64,000 nucleotides of DNA, taken from NCBI GenBank assembly GCA_001776935.1, contig MFDN01000001.1, forward strand, positions 293,449 to 357,448, read 5' to 3'. The stretch comes from Candidatus Daviesbacteria bacterium RIFCSPLOWO2_01_FULL_39_23. GTDB lineage: Bacteria; Patescibacteriota; Microgenomatia; Daviesbacterales; UBA10151. Of the stretch, positions 28,865 through 38,428 are shown piece after piece (the first letter of the stretch is position 1; every line of letters begins with the position of its first letter). The notes beneath the pieces were generated by a model, which saw only the letters and a list, made by a program, of their open reading frames with translations, was not told the origin of the DNA and did not search any database. Both the position numbers and the translations under genes were made by a program.

Positions 28865-30034
28865 ATGCCAGCATCAACAACAGGAATTAGAGGTTCAGGT
28901 AGCTTAGGGGTAACACGCAGATATGACGTGTCTGATGTTGTATCGCTTTTGGATGTTAACCGATATCCGCTTATTGCGATACTAACTAACGCTGGTAAAG
29001 ATCCTGCAACCGGCGAAGGAGAAGCTCTAAAAAAGAAGGAAGCAACTGATCCGGAATTCAAGTGGTTTGAAGATGAATTTGGTAAAAGACAACTAACCGG
29101 TTCAGGAACTGTTGATCCGGACGGGGGTAACTTAACCATCACAGGACAATCACAATATCTGCAGGTCGGTGACATCATTCTAGTCTCATCCCAGAAATGG
29201 GTTTTTCAGGTTACTGCTATCGTTGACGCCAATACCGTCACAGTAGGAGCAGAGCTAGGGGGCGCAACAGGTGTAGCGGCAGATGCAACAGGAGATGTGT
29301 GGTTAATCGGAAATGCCAATGAAGAAGGCGCAGGTCTAAGGGACATTAAATCCACAACTATTGCGGAAGTATCAAATTATTGTCAGATTTTCAGAACTCC
29401 GGTAGGTATTACGGAAACTGCCAGAAACACACAAGGATGGGTTAAGGAAAATGATTTCGATTACCAGAGACGCAAAAAAGGTATTGAGCATTATGTCGAT
29501 ATCGAACGGACGTTTATTTTCGGCAAGAAAGGGATTATCACAAGTGGTACTCATCCTAAGAGATTCACCAGTGGGGTTTTAGGAAGAATTGCTACATATG
29601 CTACTGCCAACGTTGATACGGAATCTGAATTTGACTCATGGTTGGAGAGTTTATTTGCTCACGGAAACACAGAAAAATACCTTTTTGCTTCAGCTGCGGT
29701 AGTCTCTATGGTTAACAGCTGGGCTAAGGGTAAGCTTCAGGTGGTGAATCCTACCAAAGCCTACGGGCTCAGGATTGTCACTTATGATTCACCGCACGGA
29801 ACGCTACACATTATTAAGCATCCACTTTTGATTGGAACAACCTATGGGAATTATGCCATCGGTTTGGATATGGAAGCTTTGACATACCGCTATTTGACTA
29901 ACAGAGATACGAAGCTTTTGACCAACCGCCAAAATCCCGGTGAAGACAGTCAGGTTGACGAGTATCTCACTGAATGCGGATTGCAGATGGAACAGGAGCA
30001 ACGCCATGCCATCATGAGCGTCGGTGCCCTTTAA
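28865..30034 (+). CDS. Major capsid protein (HK97-fold, SU10/DUF5309-like)
   Basis: EFKWFED, NYCQIFRTPVGIT, DIERTFIFG, YDSPHGTL and EYLTECGL motifs. Strong SD. Confidence 0.85.
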   Translation: MPASTTGIRGSGSLGVTRRYDVSDVVSLLDVNRYPLIAILTNAGKDPATGEGEALKKKEATDPEFKWFEDEFGKRQLTGSGTVDPDGGNLTITGQSQYLQVGDIILVSSQKWVFQVTAIVDANTVTVGAELGGATGVAADATGDVWLIGNANEEGAGLRDIKSTTIAEVSNYCQIFRTPVGITETARNTQGWVKENDFDYQRRKKGIEHYVDIERTFIFGKKGIITSGTHPKRFTSGVLGRIATYATANVDTESEFDSWLESLFAHGNTEKYLFASAAVVSMVNSWAKGKLQVVNPTKAYGLRIVTYDSPHGTLHIIKHPLLIGTTYGNYAIGLDMEALTYRYLTNRDTKLLTNRQNPGEDSQVDEYLTECGLQMEQEQRHAIMSVGAL

Positions 30035-30120
30035 GAGAGTTTATTACTGAAAATACTTTATGAACGAAATCACAAACATCGGAAGTCACTGCACACTTTC
30101 TTACTCAGTGTAGTCGCCTG

Positions 30121-30148
30121 TGAAGGGGTGAGCGTTATCACCCCTTCA
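30121..30148 (+). terminator. Post-capsid hairpin (partial terminator or stabiliser)
   Basis: TGAAGGGGTGA-GCGTTA-TCACCCCTTCA followed by ATTT. Confidence 0.6.
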
Positions 30149-30175
30149 ATTTAAACGGAAAGCGGGGTGAAAAAT

Positions 30176-30763
30176 ATGACAGATGAAGTTAAAAAATCAT
30201 TAGAAGAAATGTCTATGCCAGAACTTTGGAGTGAAGCTAAACGATTAGGTATTTCAAAAGACGGCAGGAAAGAGGAACTAATTATACGTATTAAAGAGGC
30301 CCAGGAAGAAGAGGACAACACTGAGCAGCCTAAGAATAGTAAATCTGAGGTATTAAAGGAAACTATTTATATCTCCAGGTATTACGAGCTTAAATTGGTA
30401 ATGAGCCCATCATACTTAAAAGAGGTTGGAGGCAAAGTGCTTATTATCCGAGGCACATATATTCAGTTCCATGATGGTGCATATAAAACCAGTAATCCTG
30501 AAGAAATTGAATTTCTCGACAATCACCCCAACTTAGGCAGCGTTTTTAGGAAGATAGAAAGATCCGATCTAAGTGGAGGTAAAAGCATTGAACAGATATA
30601 CCAGGATAAATTTAAAACCTTGGAGGAGCGCGAAAAAGAATTGGCTGCCAGAGAAGAATTACTTCGCAAAAAAAAGATTGAGCTAAAAGGGTCAGAAGAA
30701 GGTGCTCCGCAGCAAGAAACGGTTACCGGTATCAGAAGTACAACTGACCGACCAAAGTTTTAA
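30176..30763 (+). CDS. Phage protein with Rho-N/SAP-like helix-extension-helix domain
   Basis: LEEMSMPELWSEAKRLGISKDGRKEELIIRI. Confidence 0.6.
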   Translation: MTDEVKKSLEEMSMPELWSEAKRLGISKDGRKEELIIRIKEAQEEEDNTEQPKNSKSEVLKETIYISRYYELKLVMSPSYLKEVGGKVLIIRGTYIQFHDGAYKTSNPEEIEFLDNHPNLGSVFRKIERSDLSGGKSIEQIYQDKFKTLEEREKELAAREELLRKKKIELKGSEEGAPQQETVTGIRSTTDRPKF

Positions 30764-30775
30764 AGAGGTAAAAAT

Positions 30776-31066
30776 ATGACAAGCAGGCCAGCATTTACAA
30801 CAGCAAATGTCACCTTAACTCTTGCGGACACATGGTACCCTCTGCCATCTATCCAGGTTGGCGAAGGGTGCGATGTGGTTATAAAGTCCAAAAACGGAAA
30901 CACTGCAGCAATTAAAGTAGCTCATGACGATGCAGACAGTAAAGCAGCGCCATTTTTACTCGATAACCCGGGAGACAGTGTCAGGCTAAAAATAAAAGGT
31001 ACCGAACAGGTGGTACTAAGCTCAGGTACAGCAGGACAGATAGCAGAAGTTATAACGGAAAAATAA
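30776..31066 (+). CDS. Small beta-rich virion protein (decoration-like)
   Basis: Predicted all-beta 96-aa protein in the structural block. Confidence 0.5.
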   Translation: MTSRPAFTTANVTLTLADTWYPLPSIQVGEGCDVVIKSKNGNTAAIKVAHDDADSKAAPFLLDNPGDSVRLKIKGTEQVVLSSGTAGQIAEVITEK

Positions 31067-31070
31067 AACT

Positions 31071-31658
31071 ATGGCTAAATTTGAACCATCTTTTGTAAAC
31101 ATTAGGAGAATGCTCTCAAAGTATAGAATACTTGTTAACACTGATGATGGAGAGGAAGATTACGATACAACCTGGTATCCTAATGGTTTTTCCGGTAATC
31201 AAATCTCAATTGGCAATGACGGCACAGGCAGCAACGATGCGGGGCTACGATTCTTAAGGGTTCCAATACCTAACAACGTTAAAATTACCAAAGCTGTCTT
31301 GAGAGTTAAATCAGCAGTTAACTCTACCAAACGGCCCACTCTTATTATTAAAGGTATTAAACAGCCCAGTGCCTTAAGCTACGATTCGACTAACCGCCCA
31401 TCGACAAAACCAAAAACAACAAACACTGTTGCATGGAATATAACCCAAGATTGGGTGATTAACACCTGGTATGAGAGTCCTGATGTCAAAGCAATCATCC
31501 AGGAAATTATCGACCAGACGGAATTTACTAATAAGGCAATCGGCATTGTAATTGAGGACAATGCCAGTCCAGTAAATCAGTATGAAAACATCTGGGATTT
31601 TAACAGCGGAGCAACTAATACAGCACAATTGGTGCTGACGCTGGAACCGGACATATAA
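31071..31658 (+). CDS. Beta-sandwich (DNRLRE/carbohydrate-binding-like) virion protein
   Basis: DDGEE...AGLRFLRVPIP..KITKAVL...WYESPDVKAIIQEII. Paralogous to the two N-terminal domains of the amidase. Confidence 0.55.
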   Translation: MAKFEPSFVNIRRMLSKYRILVNTDDGEEDYDTTWYPNGFSGNQISIGNDGTGSNDAGLRFLRVPIPNNVKITKAVLRVKSAVNSTKRPTLIIKGIKQPSALSYDSTNRPSTKPKTTNTVAWNITQDWVINTWYESPDVKAIIQEIIDQTEFTNKAIGIVIEDNASPVNQYENIWDFNSGATNTAQLVLTLEPDI

Positions 31659-31685
31659 AGATAAAAGCAAAGGAGGTGGTAAAGA

Positions 31686-31997
31686 ATGCAAGGAAGCGAT
31701 GCAGTGTTACTGGAAACAATCATAAAAGCTATCGTCGAAAATTCGCAGTCAGTAAAAGTAAACCGCAAGGTCGATGAGATGGGAGTACTTCTGATAGTTG
31801 CTATGGATGAAAAGGACGCAGGAGCAGTAATTGGTAAGGATGGATCAACCATTCAGTCAATTAGAAAAATTATGAAAATTGTTGGTATGAAGAATAACGC
31901 CAGAATCAATGTCAAATTAGATGTTCCCAAATGGAGCAAAAAACATCATGTTGAACCAAGTCTTAAAGATCAAAACGAAGATACAACAAAACTCTGA
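31686..31997 (+). CDS. khpA: KhpA-type KH-domain RNA-binding protein
   Basis: LETIIKAIVEN..VKVNRKVDEMGVLL..DAGAVIGKDGSTIQSIR..VGMKNNARINVKL with an intact GxxG loop. SD AAGGAGG. Confidence 0.85.
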   Translation: MQGSDAVLLETIIKAIVENSQSVKVNRKVDEMGVLLIVAMDEKDAGAVIGKDGSTIQSIRKIMKIVGMKNNARINVKLDVPKWSKKHHVEPSLKDQNEDTTKL

Positions 31998-33606
31998 TGA
32001 CGGCAGAGAAATTGGTACTGCAACTTGGGATAAAGACGGCAATACTTCACAAATAATTACCTTTGGAAACTACACCGGAGCACAAAATGTGGCTTTCAGA
32101 TTCCGTGGGATCGATATTCCCAGATTATCAAAAATACTGCTTGCGCGGATGAGGCTACGTCCTGCATTCACTGACGCCGTAGACTTTACTGTAAATTTAA
32201 AAATAAAAGGGATTAAGGAGCCTGACCCCCAGCCTTTCAGTCAAAACACAAGACCTTCTACCAGGTCGAAAACTGTTAATTTAATAGATTGGGATATCTT
32301 AAAAAAGTGGAATGTCCACGAATGGGTTCAAACCCCAAATTTGAATTTAATCGTGGAAGAACTGGTAGCTCAAACCACCTGGAAACCAGGCAATTCGATG
32401 GCGTTTGTTATTGAAGATGACAGTAGTTTAGCTGATAATTCAAAAACCTGTTGGGATTTCAGCCATGGGGACGGTTATCAGGCAGAACTTGAGGTTTATT
32501 ATCTTCCACAGGGCCTGCATGAGCAAATAACCATAGGACTCCTTCAGGGTAATGATCGTGATGGCGAAGAAGATTATAAAACTACTTGGTATCCTAACGG
32601 CTTTGCTAATAACCAAATAACCTTTGGTGATGATGGCAGTTTATCTCCGAATGAGTCCGCAAATGATGCAGGCTTTATATTAAGCCCGATAAATATTCCC
32701 AGAGGAGCAGAAATCATCTCTGCCAGTCTTCTTATACCAAGCCCCATTCAAAACAACGGCATGCCCAATGTCTTAATTAAGGGCTTTGCAGAAGACAATG
32801 CTGCAGTTTTTGCATCAGACGGCTCAAACAGACCTTCAACCAGAACAAAGACACAAGCTCAAGTTCAATGGAACTTAGGGCATGCAGAGGCAGGAGTGCT
32901 AATTGGTGACCACTGGACAGCAGAAAGCTACTACGAATCCCCGGAGATAAAGGAAATCATACAGGAAATAATTGACAAACCAGGCTGGGCAAAAAGCAAA
33001 CTTGGCATTGTTATAGAAAACTACAACTCAGGGCAAGGTAATGTGAAATACTGCTGGGATTATAACCAGGATGCAGGAGCGCATAGAGCAAAGCTTCTTA
33101 TTGCTTGGACTAATATCCGAAGGGTAATAACCCGAACAAAAGATACCGAATCATTCAACAAGGCCAACTATCCCGAATACATCATTGTCCACCACTCCGC
33201 TACTCCACGAGATACCACTAGGTTTGAAACCATCAAAAAGTCACATATTGGTTTTGGCTGGGATGATATCGGATACCACAGATGGGTATCCGGAGCGCTC
33301 GATGGAGACGGAGTGCTTATTTTAGGCAGAAAAGACAACATGATAGGTGCTCACACAGACACCAACAAAATGAATTACAGATCTTTAGGGATAGTCCTCT
33401 GCGGAAATTTTCAGAACTCCGAAACTCCGACAACAGCACAGCTTGCAACATTACAGACAGTTTTAGATGACCTTCGTGTTGAGCGGGGTATTCCAAGGGA
33501 AAGAGTCCTCGGACATAAGGAAGTGCCGGAATCGGCAACCGATTGCCCAGGCAACGCTCTGCTTCCCTATGTTCAAAACTACAGGAGGACCGGTCAACTT
33601 CAGTAG
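31948..33606 (+). CDS. Two beta-sandwich repeats plus C-terminal N-acetylmuramoyl-L-alanine amidase (Amidase_2)
   Basis: IIVHHSAT, DIGYH, GAHT, GHKE and TDCPG give the Zn ligands H/H/C. The gene overlaps the khpA 3' end. Confidence 0.85.
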   Translation: MLNQVLKIKTKIQQNSDDGREIGTATWDKDGNTSQIITFGNYTGAQNVAFRFRGIDIPRLSKILLARMRLRPAFTDAVDFTVNLKIKGIKEPDPQPFSQNTRPSTRSKTVNLIDWDILKKWNVHEWVQTPNLNLIVEELVAQTTWKPGNSMAFVIEDDSSLADNSKTCWDFSHGDGYQAELEVYYLPQGLHEQITIGLLQGNDRDGEEDYKTTWYPNGFANNQITFGDDGSLSPNESANDAGFILSPINIPRGAEIISASLLIPSPIQNNGMPNVLIKGFAEDNAAVFASDGSNRPSTRTKTQAQVQWNLGHAEAGVLIGDHWTAESYYESPEIKEIIQEIIDKPGWAKSKLGIVIENYNSGQGNVKYCWDYNQDAGAHRAKLLIAWTNIRRVITRTKDTESFNKANYPEYIIVHHSATPRDTTRFETIKKSHIGFGWDDIGYHRWVSGALDGDGVLILGRKDNMIGAHTDTNKMNYRSLGIVLCGNFQNSETPTTAQLATLQTVLDDLRVERGIPRERVLGHKEVPESATDCPGNALLPYVQNYRRTGQLQ

Positions 33607-33623
33607 AAAGGAGAGATAAATAT

Positions 33624-34328
33624 ATGCAATTACAAGAATTCAGACAAGATTTAAATGCCAGGATAGCAGCAGCCAAAGTATCAGGTTTCTGGAAAGATGC
33701 AGATAAAGACCGCTGGATTAATAAGGCAATAATCAGAGCATGCAATTATGCCCGTTTCAAATTTTTAAGCAAACATGCAACCCAGCTTACGGAATTACTG
33801 CCAGATGGAACAGGCAGAGAATCCTACTTCCTGCCCTTTGATTACAAGCCAGGAGGAATGATTTATCTGTCTGTAGACGGAGAAGAATATCACAAGGTAA
33901 GCGAGGAAGCATTCTTAAGCCGAAAATCAGATGACAAAATAGGAGTGCTGATCAGTCCGCAGCAGGATATTCTTCACTCAGGATCTAATACAGACTGGAG
34001 ATGGAACAAAATATATGCCGTTATAGGCGATGAGTACTTTATAAACCCGGTATCTGCAGAGGAAGGATTAGTAATTGATTTGTTTTACAAACGCCGTCCC
34101 GTAAGGCTGGTTGAAGACACAGACGAACCGATAACCCCGGAAGAAATGGATGAGCCAATTCTTAAGCTGGCACTGGCAACCTGTCTGGCAAAAGAGCCAG
34201 GTAAAAAAGGTGATGCAGAAAAGGAAGTTATAGAAGCCCATGCATTGCTTCAGCAGATAAAAGAGCGGGAAGATGAAGAACCGAATGCTGTCTTTAAGGG
34301 GCAGGCAACAAGCACAAGGTGGCAGTAA
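33624..34328 (+). CDS. Head-tail adaptor (podovirus gatekeeper-like)
   Basis: MQLQEFRQDL...RWINKA..., Y.LP.D and C-terminal helices. Sits before the nozzle gene. Confidence 0.6.
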   Translation: MQLQEFRQDLNARIAAAKVSGFWKDADKDRWINKAIIRACNYARFKFLSKHATQLTELLPDGTGRESYFLPFDYKPGGMIYLSVDGEEYHKVSEEAFLSRKSDDKIGVLISPQQDILHSGSNTDWRWNKIYAVIGDEYFINPVSAEEGLVIDLFYKRRPVRLVEDTDEPITPEEMDEPILKLALATCLAKEPGKKGDAEKEVIEAHALLQQIKEREDEEPNAVFKGQATSTRWQ

Positions 34329-34332
34329 ATAT

Positions 34333-35784
34333 ATGAATGCATACAAAGTACAGGGATACAGAGGAGGCATTGCAGACGATCCATATTCAGGAGTGCGGGA
34401 AGCATTCCGTTTCGGCTATGGCTTGAATATCAGAGGCGAAACCAATGTCCTTAAATGCAATCAGAAATTAAAAGTGGACCTGGGTAATGAGGTAATTGTT
34501 GACCTGATTCTTTTCTATATTCCGGCATCAAACGGAATTCTCTATGGCTTTGGAGACACCGGAAAAATCTACAGAAAAAACGGCGTTGATGGAACATGGG
34601 AGGTAGTTTATACCGATGCAAACGGCAAAATAACCGGAGCTGCAGAATACACAAACAATGATGGTGTTGATAACTACATCCCCTATCTTTACTGGGCAAC
34701 CGAAACAAAAGTAAGCAGAATAAAACTCTCCGGCATTTGGCCGACAGATGTAGAGCATGACTGGGGAACTCTAAACGGAGATCCCTCCTGGCATACAATG
34801 GCAGAAGCGCTGGGAGTATTGCTTATTTGTGACGGTAAAGATCTGGCAATGGTTGACTACGAAGGAGCATTCGCTGCCGGAGCAAATCCAGCTCTCGATT
34901 TACCCAGAGGCCATCGGAATAAATGTCTTTTAGGATTGGATCAACTGGTTGTATTCGGCTCAACTAAGGGAGATAAAGTCGAAGAAGGCTGGCTCTGGAC
35001 CTGGGACAAAATCCAGCCCTCCTGGATACAAAGAAGAATGATCGCAGAAAGAGGTATAAACGCAATCCTGCAGGGCGAGTTTATGGCAATCCAGGCAGGC
35101 GTAAAAGGCGGGCTTTACTTCTGGGATACATCTTCTCTTATAAGAATCAAGAAATTTCCAGGGGAATTCGGATGGGTTAACCCAGGAGGTGTGACAATCA
35201 TGGGGGGTCTTCCCTTATTTGGTTTGAACGGTTCAAATAAATGCGGGGTTTATTCCTACGGCAGGCTAACTAAAAACGACCCTTATGCTTTGAACCTCGA
35301 ATACATTCCCTCTCACGAAAAGATGGAAAATGTAAATATTGGAGCTTTAACAATGTATGGAGATGTCTTGCATGTCTCCTGGAAGGATGGCATAGAGTTT
35401 GGAGTAGACCGGATTGATGCGGATAACAAAGCTGAGGGCAGATATGAAGGTATGGTTTTTGATGGAGGCGAACCTTTCACTCAGAAATCCTTCAGAACTA
35501 TAAAACTCGTCACGAAAAAACTTCCCAAAGATACCAGCGTAGAAGTGTTCTACAGAGTAAATGAAGATGATGAGTGGCAAACAGCCGCCATGCAGGATAG
35601 TTCAGAATCGTTTGATAAAGAAGGAAAAACAAAAGCTATTTTTTCCATTGAAACAGGCGGAGATGAGGACGAACCGGGACAAGGGGAAGAATATGAAGTA
35701 GCGCTTAACATTCATCCAAGCGGAAACAATACACCGGAAGTTAAATCAGTAACCTCCTACTTTGAACCAGTAGGAATTTTATAA
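34333..35784 (+). CDS. Tail nozzle/stabilisation protein (beta-propeller-like)
   Basis: 484-aa beta-rich protein following the adaptor, with FDGGEPFTQKSFR in the C-terminal domain. Confidence 0.6.
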   Translation: MNAYKVQGYRGGIADDPYSGVREAFRFGYGLNIRGETNVLKCNQKLKVDLGNEVIVDLILFYIPASNGILYGFGDTGKIYRKNGVDGTWEVVYTDANGKITGAAEYTNNDGVDNYIPYLYWATETKVSRIKLSGIWPTDVEHDWGTLNGDPSWHTMAEALGVLLICDGKDLAMVDYEGAFAAGANPALDLPRGHRNKCLLGLDQLVVFGSTKGDKVEEGWLWTWDKIQPSWIQRRMIAERGINAILQGEFMAIQAGVKGGLYFWDTSSLIRIKKFPGEFGWVNPGGVTIMGGLPLFGLNGSNKCGVYSYGRLTKNDPYALNLEYIPSHEKMENVNIGALTMYGDVLHVSWKDGIEFGVDRIDADNKAEGRYEGMVFDGGEPFTQKSFRTIKLVTKKLPKDTSVEVFYRVNEDDEWQTAAMQDSSESFDKEGKTKAIFSIETGGDEDEPGQGEEYEVALNIHPSGNNTPEVKSVTSYFEPVGIL

Positions 35785-35788
35785 ACAT

Positions 35789-37114
35789 ATGTTAACCAAC
35801 TTAATCAAAAAAATATTTATAAATAAGGAAACACCGGATGTCCCGTTTCCGGAGATAGCCCCACATAGCCACAATTCTGTGGATTCTCCTCCGCTTGCTC
35901 CTAGCAGTGTAGATGGTGTGAACATTAAGCCAGGAGCTATCGGAGATACAAAAATTGCTGACTTTTCAGTAACAGAACAGAAGCTAGCAGATACAGCAGT
36001 AGCGACACAGAAAATAAAAGATGATGCCATAACCGCAGCTAAAGTCTGGAAAGGTGGAAATGTTATAACCCTCTCTGCTCAAATTGCAGATGCCACTATT
36101 CTTTCAGCTCACATAGGCGCACTTCAGGTAGGAAACAGCAAGATTATGGACGCTGCTATCTCAACAGCAAAGATACAGGATCTCGCAGTCACAAACGCTG
36201 AAATAGCAGATGCAGCGATAACTAACGCCAAAATCGGCATGCTGGAAGTAGGAAACTCCCGAATAGCTAACGCAGCAATAAGTACAGCTAAGATACAAGA
36301 TCTGGCAGTGACCGATGCTGAAATCGCCAATCTGAATGCAGGAAAGATCAATGCGGGAATAATGACTGGAAGAACAGTAAGGACCGCAGATTCGGGTGCC
36401 AGGGTACAAATGAGTGGCTTGGATAACAGATTCGAGGTTTATAACAGTATAACTCTAGCAGGTTATATTCAAACCTACAGTGATAACATTGGCATTATTT
36501 CCGGTATTAACTACCAGATCGTTCTCTCTGCCACTAATTATGTGCATTTATTTGATTGTAATTTGGATGTTGATGGTGATTTAAACGTTGGCGGAACAAA
36601 GAACTTCAAAATTCCTCATCCTTTAAATCCAAAGCGCTGGATTGTTTATTCAGGCATTGAAAGCAACGGAGTATTTTTGGATATTCATGGAGAGGTGGTT
36701 ATTAAAAATAATAGAGCAAAAATAAACTTCCCTGTCTATCACATTGCAGTTACTTCAGGAACACCAATAATTCAGCTGACAAAAGTCGGCTGGTTTGGAG
36801 ATTTATATGTAGAAAGTCCAGACGAACAAGGCTTTGGTATTGTGGCGCAAAACGCTCCGGATGGCGCAAAAGTCAACTGGTATGCACGAAGCGTCAGAAA
36901 AGGCTATGAGGATGTGGAGATAGAACCACTTCTGGAAGAAGGAACAGCCAGAAATGAAATGGCCTTTCTTGCTGGCAAGCTCCACCCTAAGAATAAAGGG
37001 CTTTATAAACAGATTGATGTTCAAAAAGCACAAGATGAAATGTTCAAAAAGAAAAAACAAATTCAAGATTTCCAGAAAAGTATACAAAGAAAGTACAGAG
37101 AGAGGGGTGAATAG
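35789..37114 (+). CDS. Tail fibre/spike with 10-aa AxIxxxxIT repeats
   Basis: Repeats such as AAISTAKIQDLAVT (x2). C-terminal GGTKNFKIPHP..ES domain. Confidence 0.65.
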   Translation: MLTNLIKKIFINKETPDVPFPEIAPHSHNSVDSPPLAPSSVDGVNIKPGAIGDTKIADFSVTEQKLADTAVATQKIKDDAITAAKVWKGGNVITLSAQIADATILSAHIGALQVGNSKIMDAAISTAKIQDLAVTNAEIADAAITNAKIGMLEVGNSRIANAAISTAKIQDLAVTDAEIANLNAGKINAGIMTGRTVRTADSGARVQMSGLDNRFEVYNSITLAGYIQTYSDNIGIISGINYQIVLSATNYVHLFDCNLDVDGDLNVGGTKNFKIPHPLNPKRWIVYSGIESNGVFLDIHGEVVIKNNRAKINFPVYHIAVTSGTPIIQLTKVGWFGDLYVESPDEQGFGIVAQNAPDGAKVNWYARSVRKGYEDVEIEPLLEEGTARNEMAFLAGKLHPKNKGLYKQIDVQKAQDEMFKKKKQIQDFQKSIQRKYRERGE

Positions 37115-37116
37115 AT

Positions 37117-37350
37117 ATGTTTAATAAAACCAAAAAACTAGACAAGGCAGATCTTGAGGAGTTTAGGGAAAAAGAAAAACTAATTAAACAGCATCTTGCC
37201 ATAGCCCAGGCATTGGAGATGCAAAAGAACACATGGCTTATCAGCAAGTTTTCCAAATATGGCCTTGATGGTAATAAAGAATGGAGTTTTAGCCTTAAAA
37301 CAGGCGAAATTACAGAAGTAAAGCAACCAAAGAAGGGAGGTGGCGAATAA
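37117..37350 (+). CDS. Small coiled-coil phage protein (possible fibre chaperone)
   Basis: Follows the fibre gene; SD GGGGTG. Confidence 0.55.
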   Translation: MFNKTKKLDKADLEEFREKEKLIKQHLAIAQALEMQKNTWLISKFSKYGLDGNKEWSFSLKTGEITEVKQPKKGGGE

Positions 37351-38426
37351 TGGCAGACAAACAATACGGCGGATGGTACTGGCAGCCTGAACAAAATAAG
37401 GCACTTCGCTGGTGGGGTGCTGATACCAGTGGTAAGGATATTTATACCGAAGGCGAAGAACCCAACAAGCGGCAATCAGTTACCAGTTTATCAAGTGGGC
37501 TTTCGGGTATAGGAAGTGACAGTGTGCTCGGTTTTGACTTGGGGACATTAAATACCCGGTTTCAGGACACCTACAGCAAAGTAGGTTCTCTGCAAAATGA
37601 TCTTCAGGGATACCAATCCAGAAAATACGAAGGAGAATACGGAAAGGCAGGACTTGGGAAAATAAAGGATGAAATTTCTCTTTTAGACAGCAGTATCGCA
37701 GGTGAGAAAAATACCCGGGATGAGTCAGTCAGTAAAGTCAGGAAAAACCCAGGGTACTCCGCAGCAACCATTACAGGTGAAACCGGAGAGATTCAAAGAC
37801 TGGCCAATGCCAAGATTAATAATTTAATAGAAGAAAGAAATACAAAAGCACAGAGTTATAACGCAGGACTAGGTGAAATTACCCAGAAAGTAGCAACGGA
37901 AACAAAAGATAAAGAATTTGAGCTAAACAATTTAAGATATGACCTGCAATTTTTAGGCGGACTTCTGGATAGCTACAATAAAGTAAGATCAGCAGAACTT
38001 GCCTCACAGAAAGAAGCAGAACGTTGGGAGAAAGAATTCGGGCTTCAGCTTTACAATGCCCAGACATCCAGAATTAATACTACCAGTTCAGGTGGTGGAG
38101 CAAAAACCTACAGCAAAGAATCGGTCAAAGATGCATTCGGAAATGTAGTCGGATACTTCGACCCAGGTACAGGACAGACAAATTACTACCAAACACCAGA
38201 GTCACAGCAATCCCAGAAAACTACAGTTAAAGAAGGTGACCTAAGAACAGAAATCAGATCATCATGGAAAGACGGTTACCAACCGGACCAGCTCAAGAAA
38301 AACTTAGCAAATGTCACAACTGATAAGGGCAAAAGTGCAGCAGCAATAGTCGATGAGGAATGGCAGTTAAAAACTCAGCCAGGAGTCATGGGCTTCCTGA
38401 GAAGGTTATTTACACCAGGAGTATAG
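37350..38426 (+). CDS. Internal virion/ejection protein (coiled-coil)
   Basis: Helical Q/E/K-rich protein directly before the giant ORF. Confidence 0.55.
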   Translation: MADKQYGGWYWQPEQNKALRWWGADTSGKDIYTEGEEPNKRQSVTSLSSGLSGIGSDSVLGFDLGTLNTRFQDTYSKVGSLQNDLQGYQSRKYEGEYGKAGLGKIKDEISLLDSSIAGEKNTRDESVSKVRKNPGYSAATITGETGEIQRLANAKINNLIEERNTKAQSYNAGLGEITQKVATETKDKEFELNNLRYDLQFLGGLLDSYNKVRSAELASQKEAERWEKEFGLQLYNAQTSRINTTSSGGGAKTYSKESVKDAFGNVVGYFDPGTGQTNYYQTPESQQSQKTTVKEGDLRTEIRSSWKDGYQPDQLKKNLANVTTDKGKSAAAIVDEEWQLKTQPGVMGFLRRLFTPGV

Positions 38427-38428
38427 AT

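Noticed and set aside
30025-30065. Programmed frameshift at the capsid end (GCC CTT TAA)
   Set aside because: The +1 and -1 frames stop within about 6 and 11 codons, so no extension domain could be made.
35789-37114. Diversity-generating retroelement target
   Set aside because: No reverse transcriptase is present, and the repeat differences are synonymous rather than adenine-specific.
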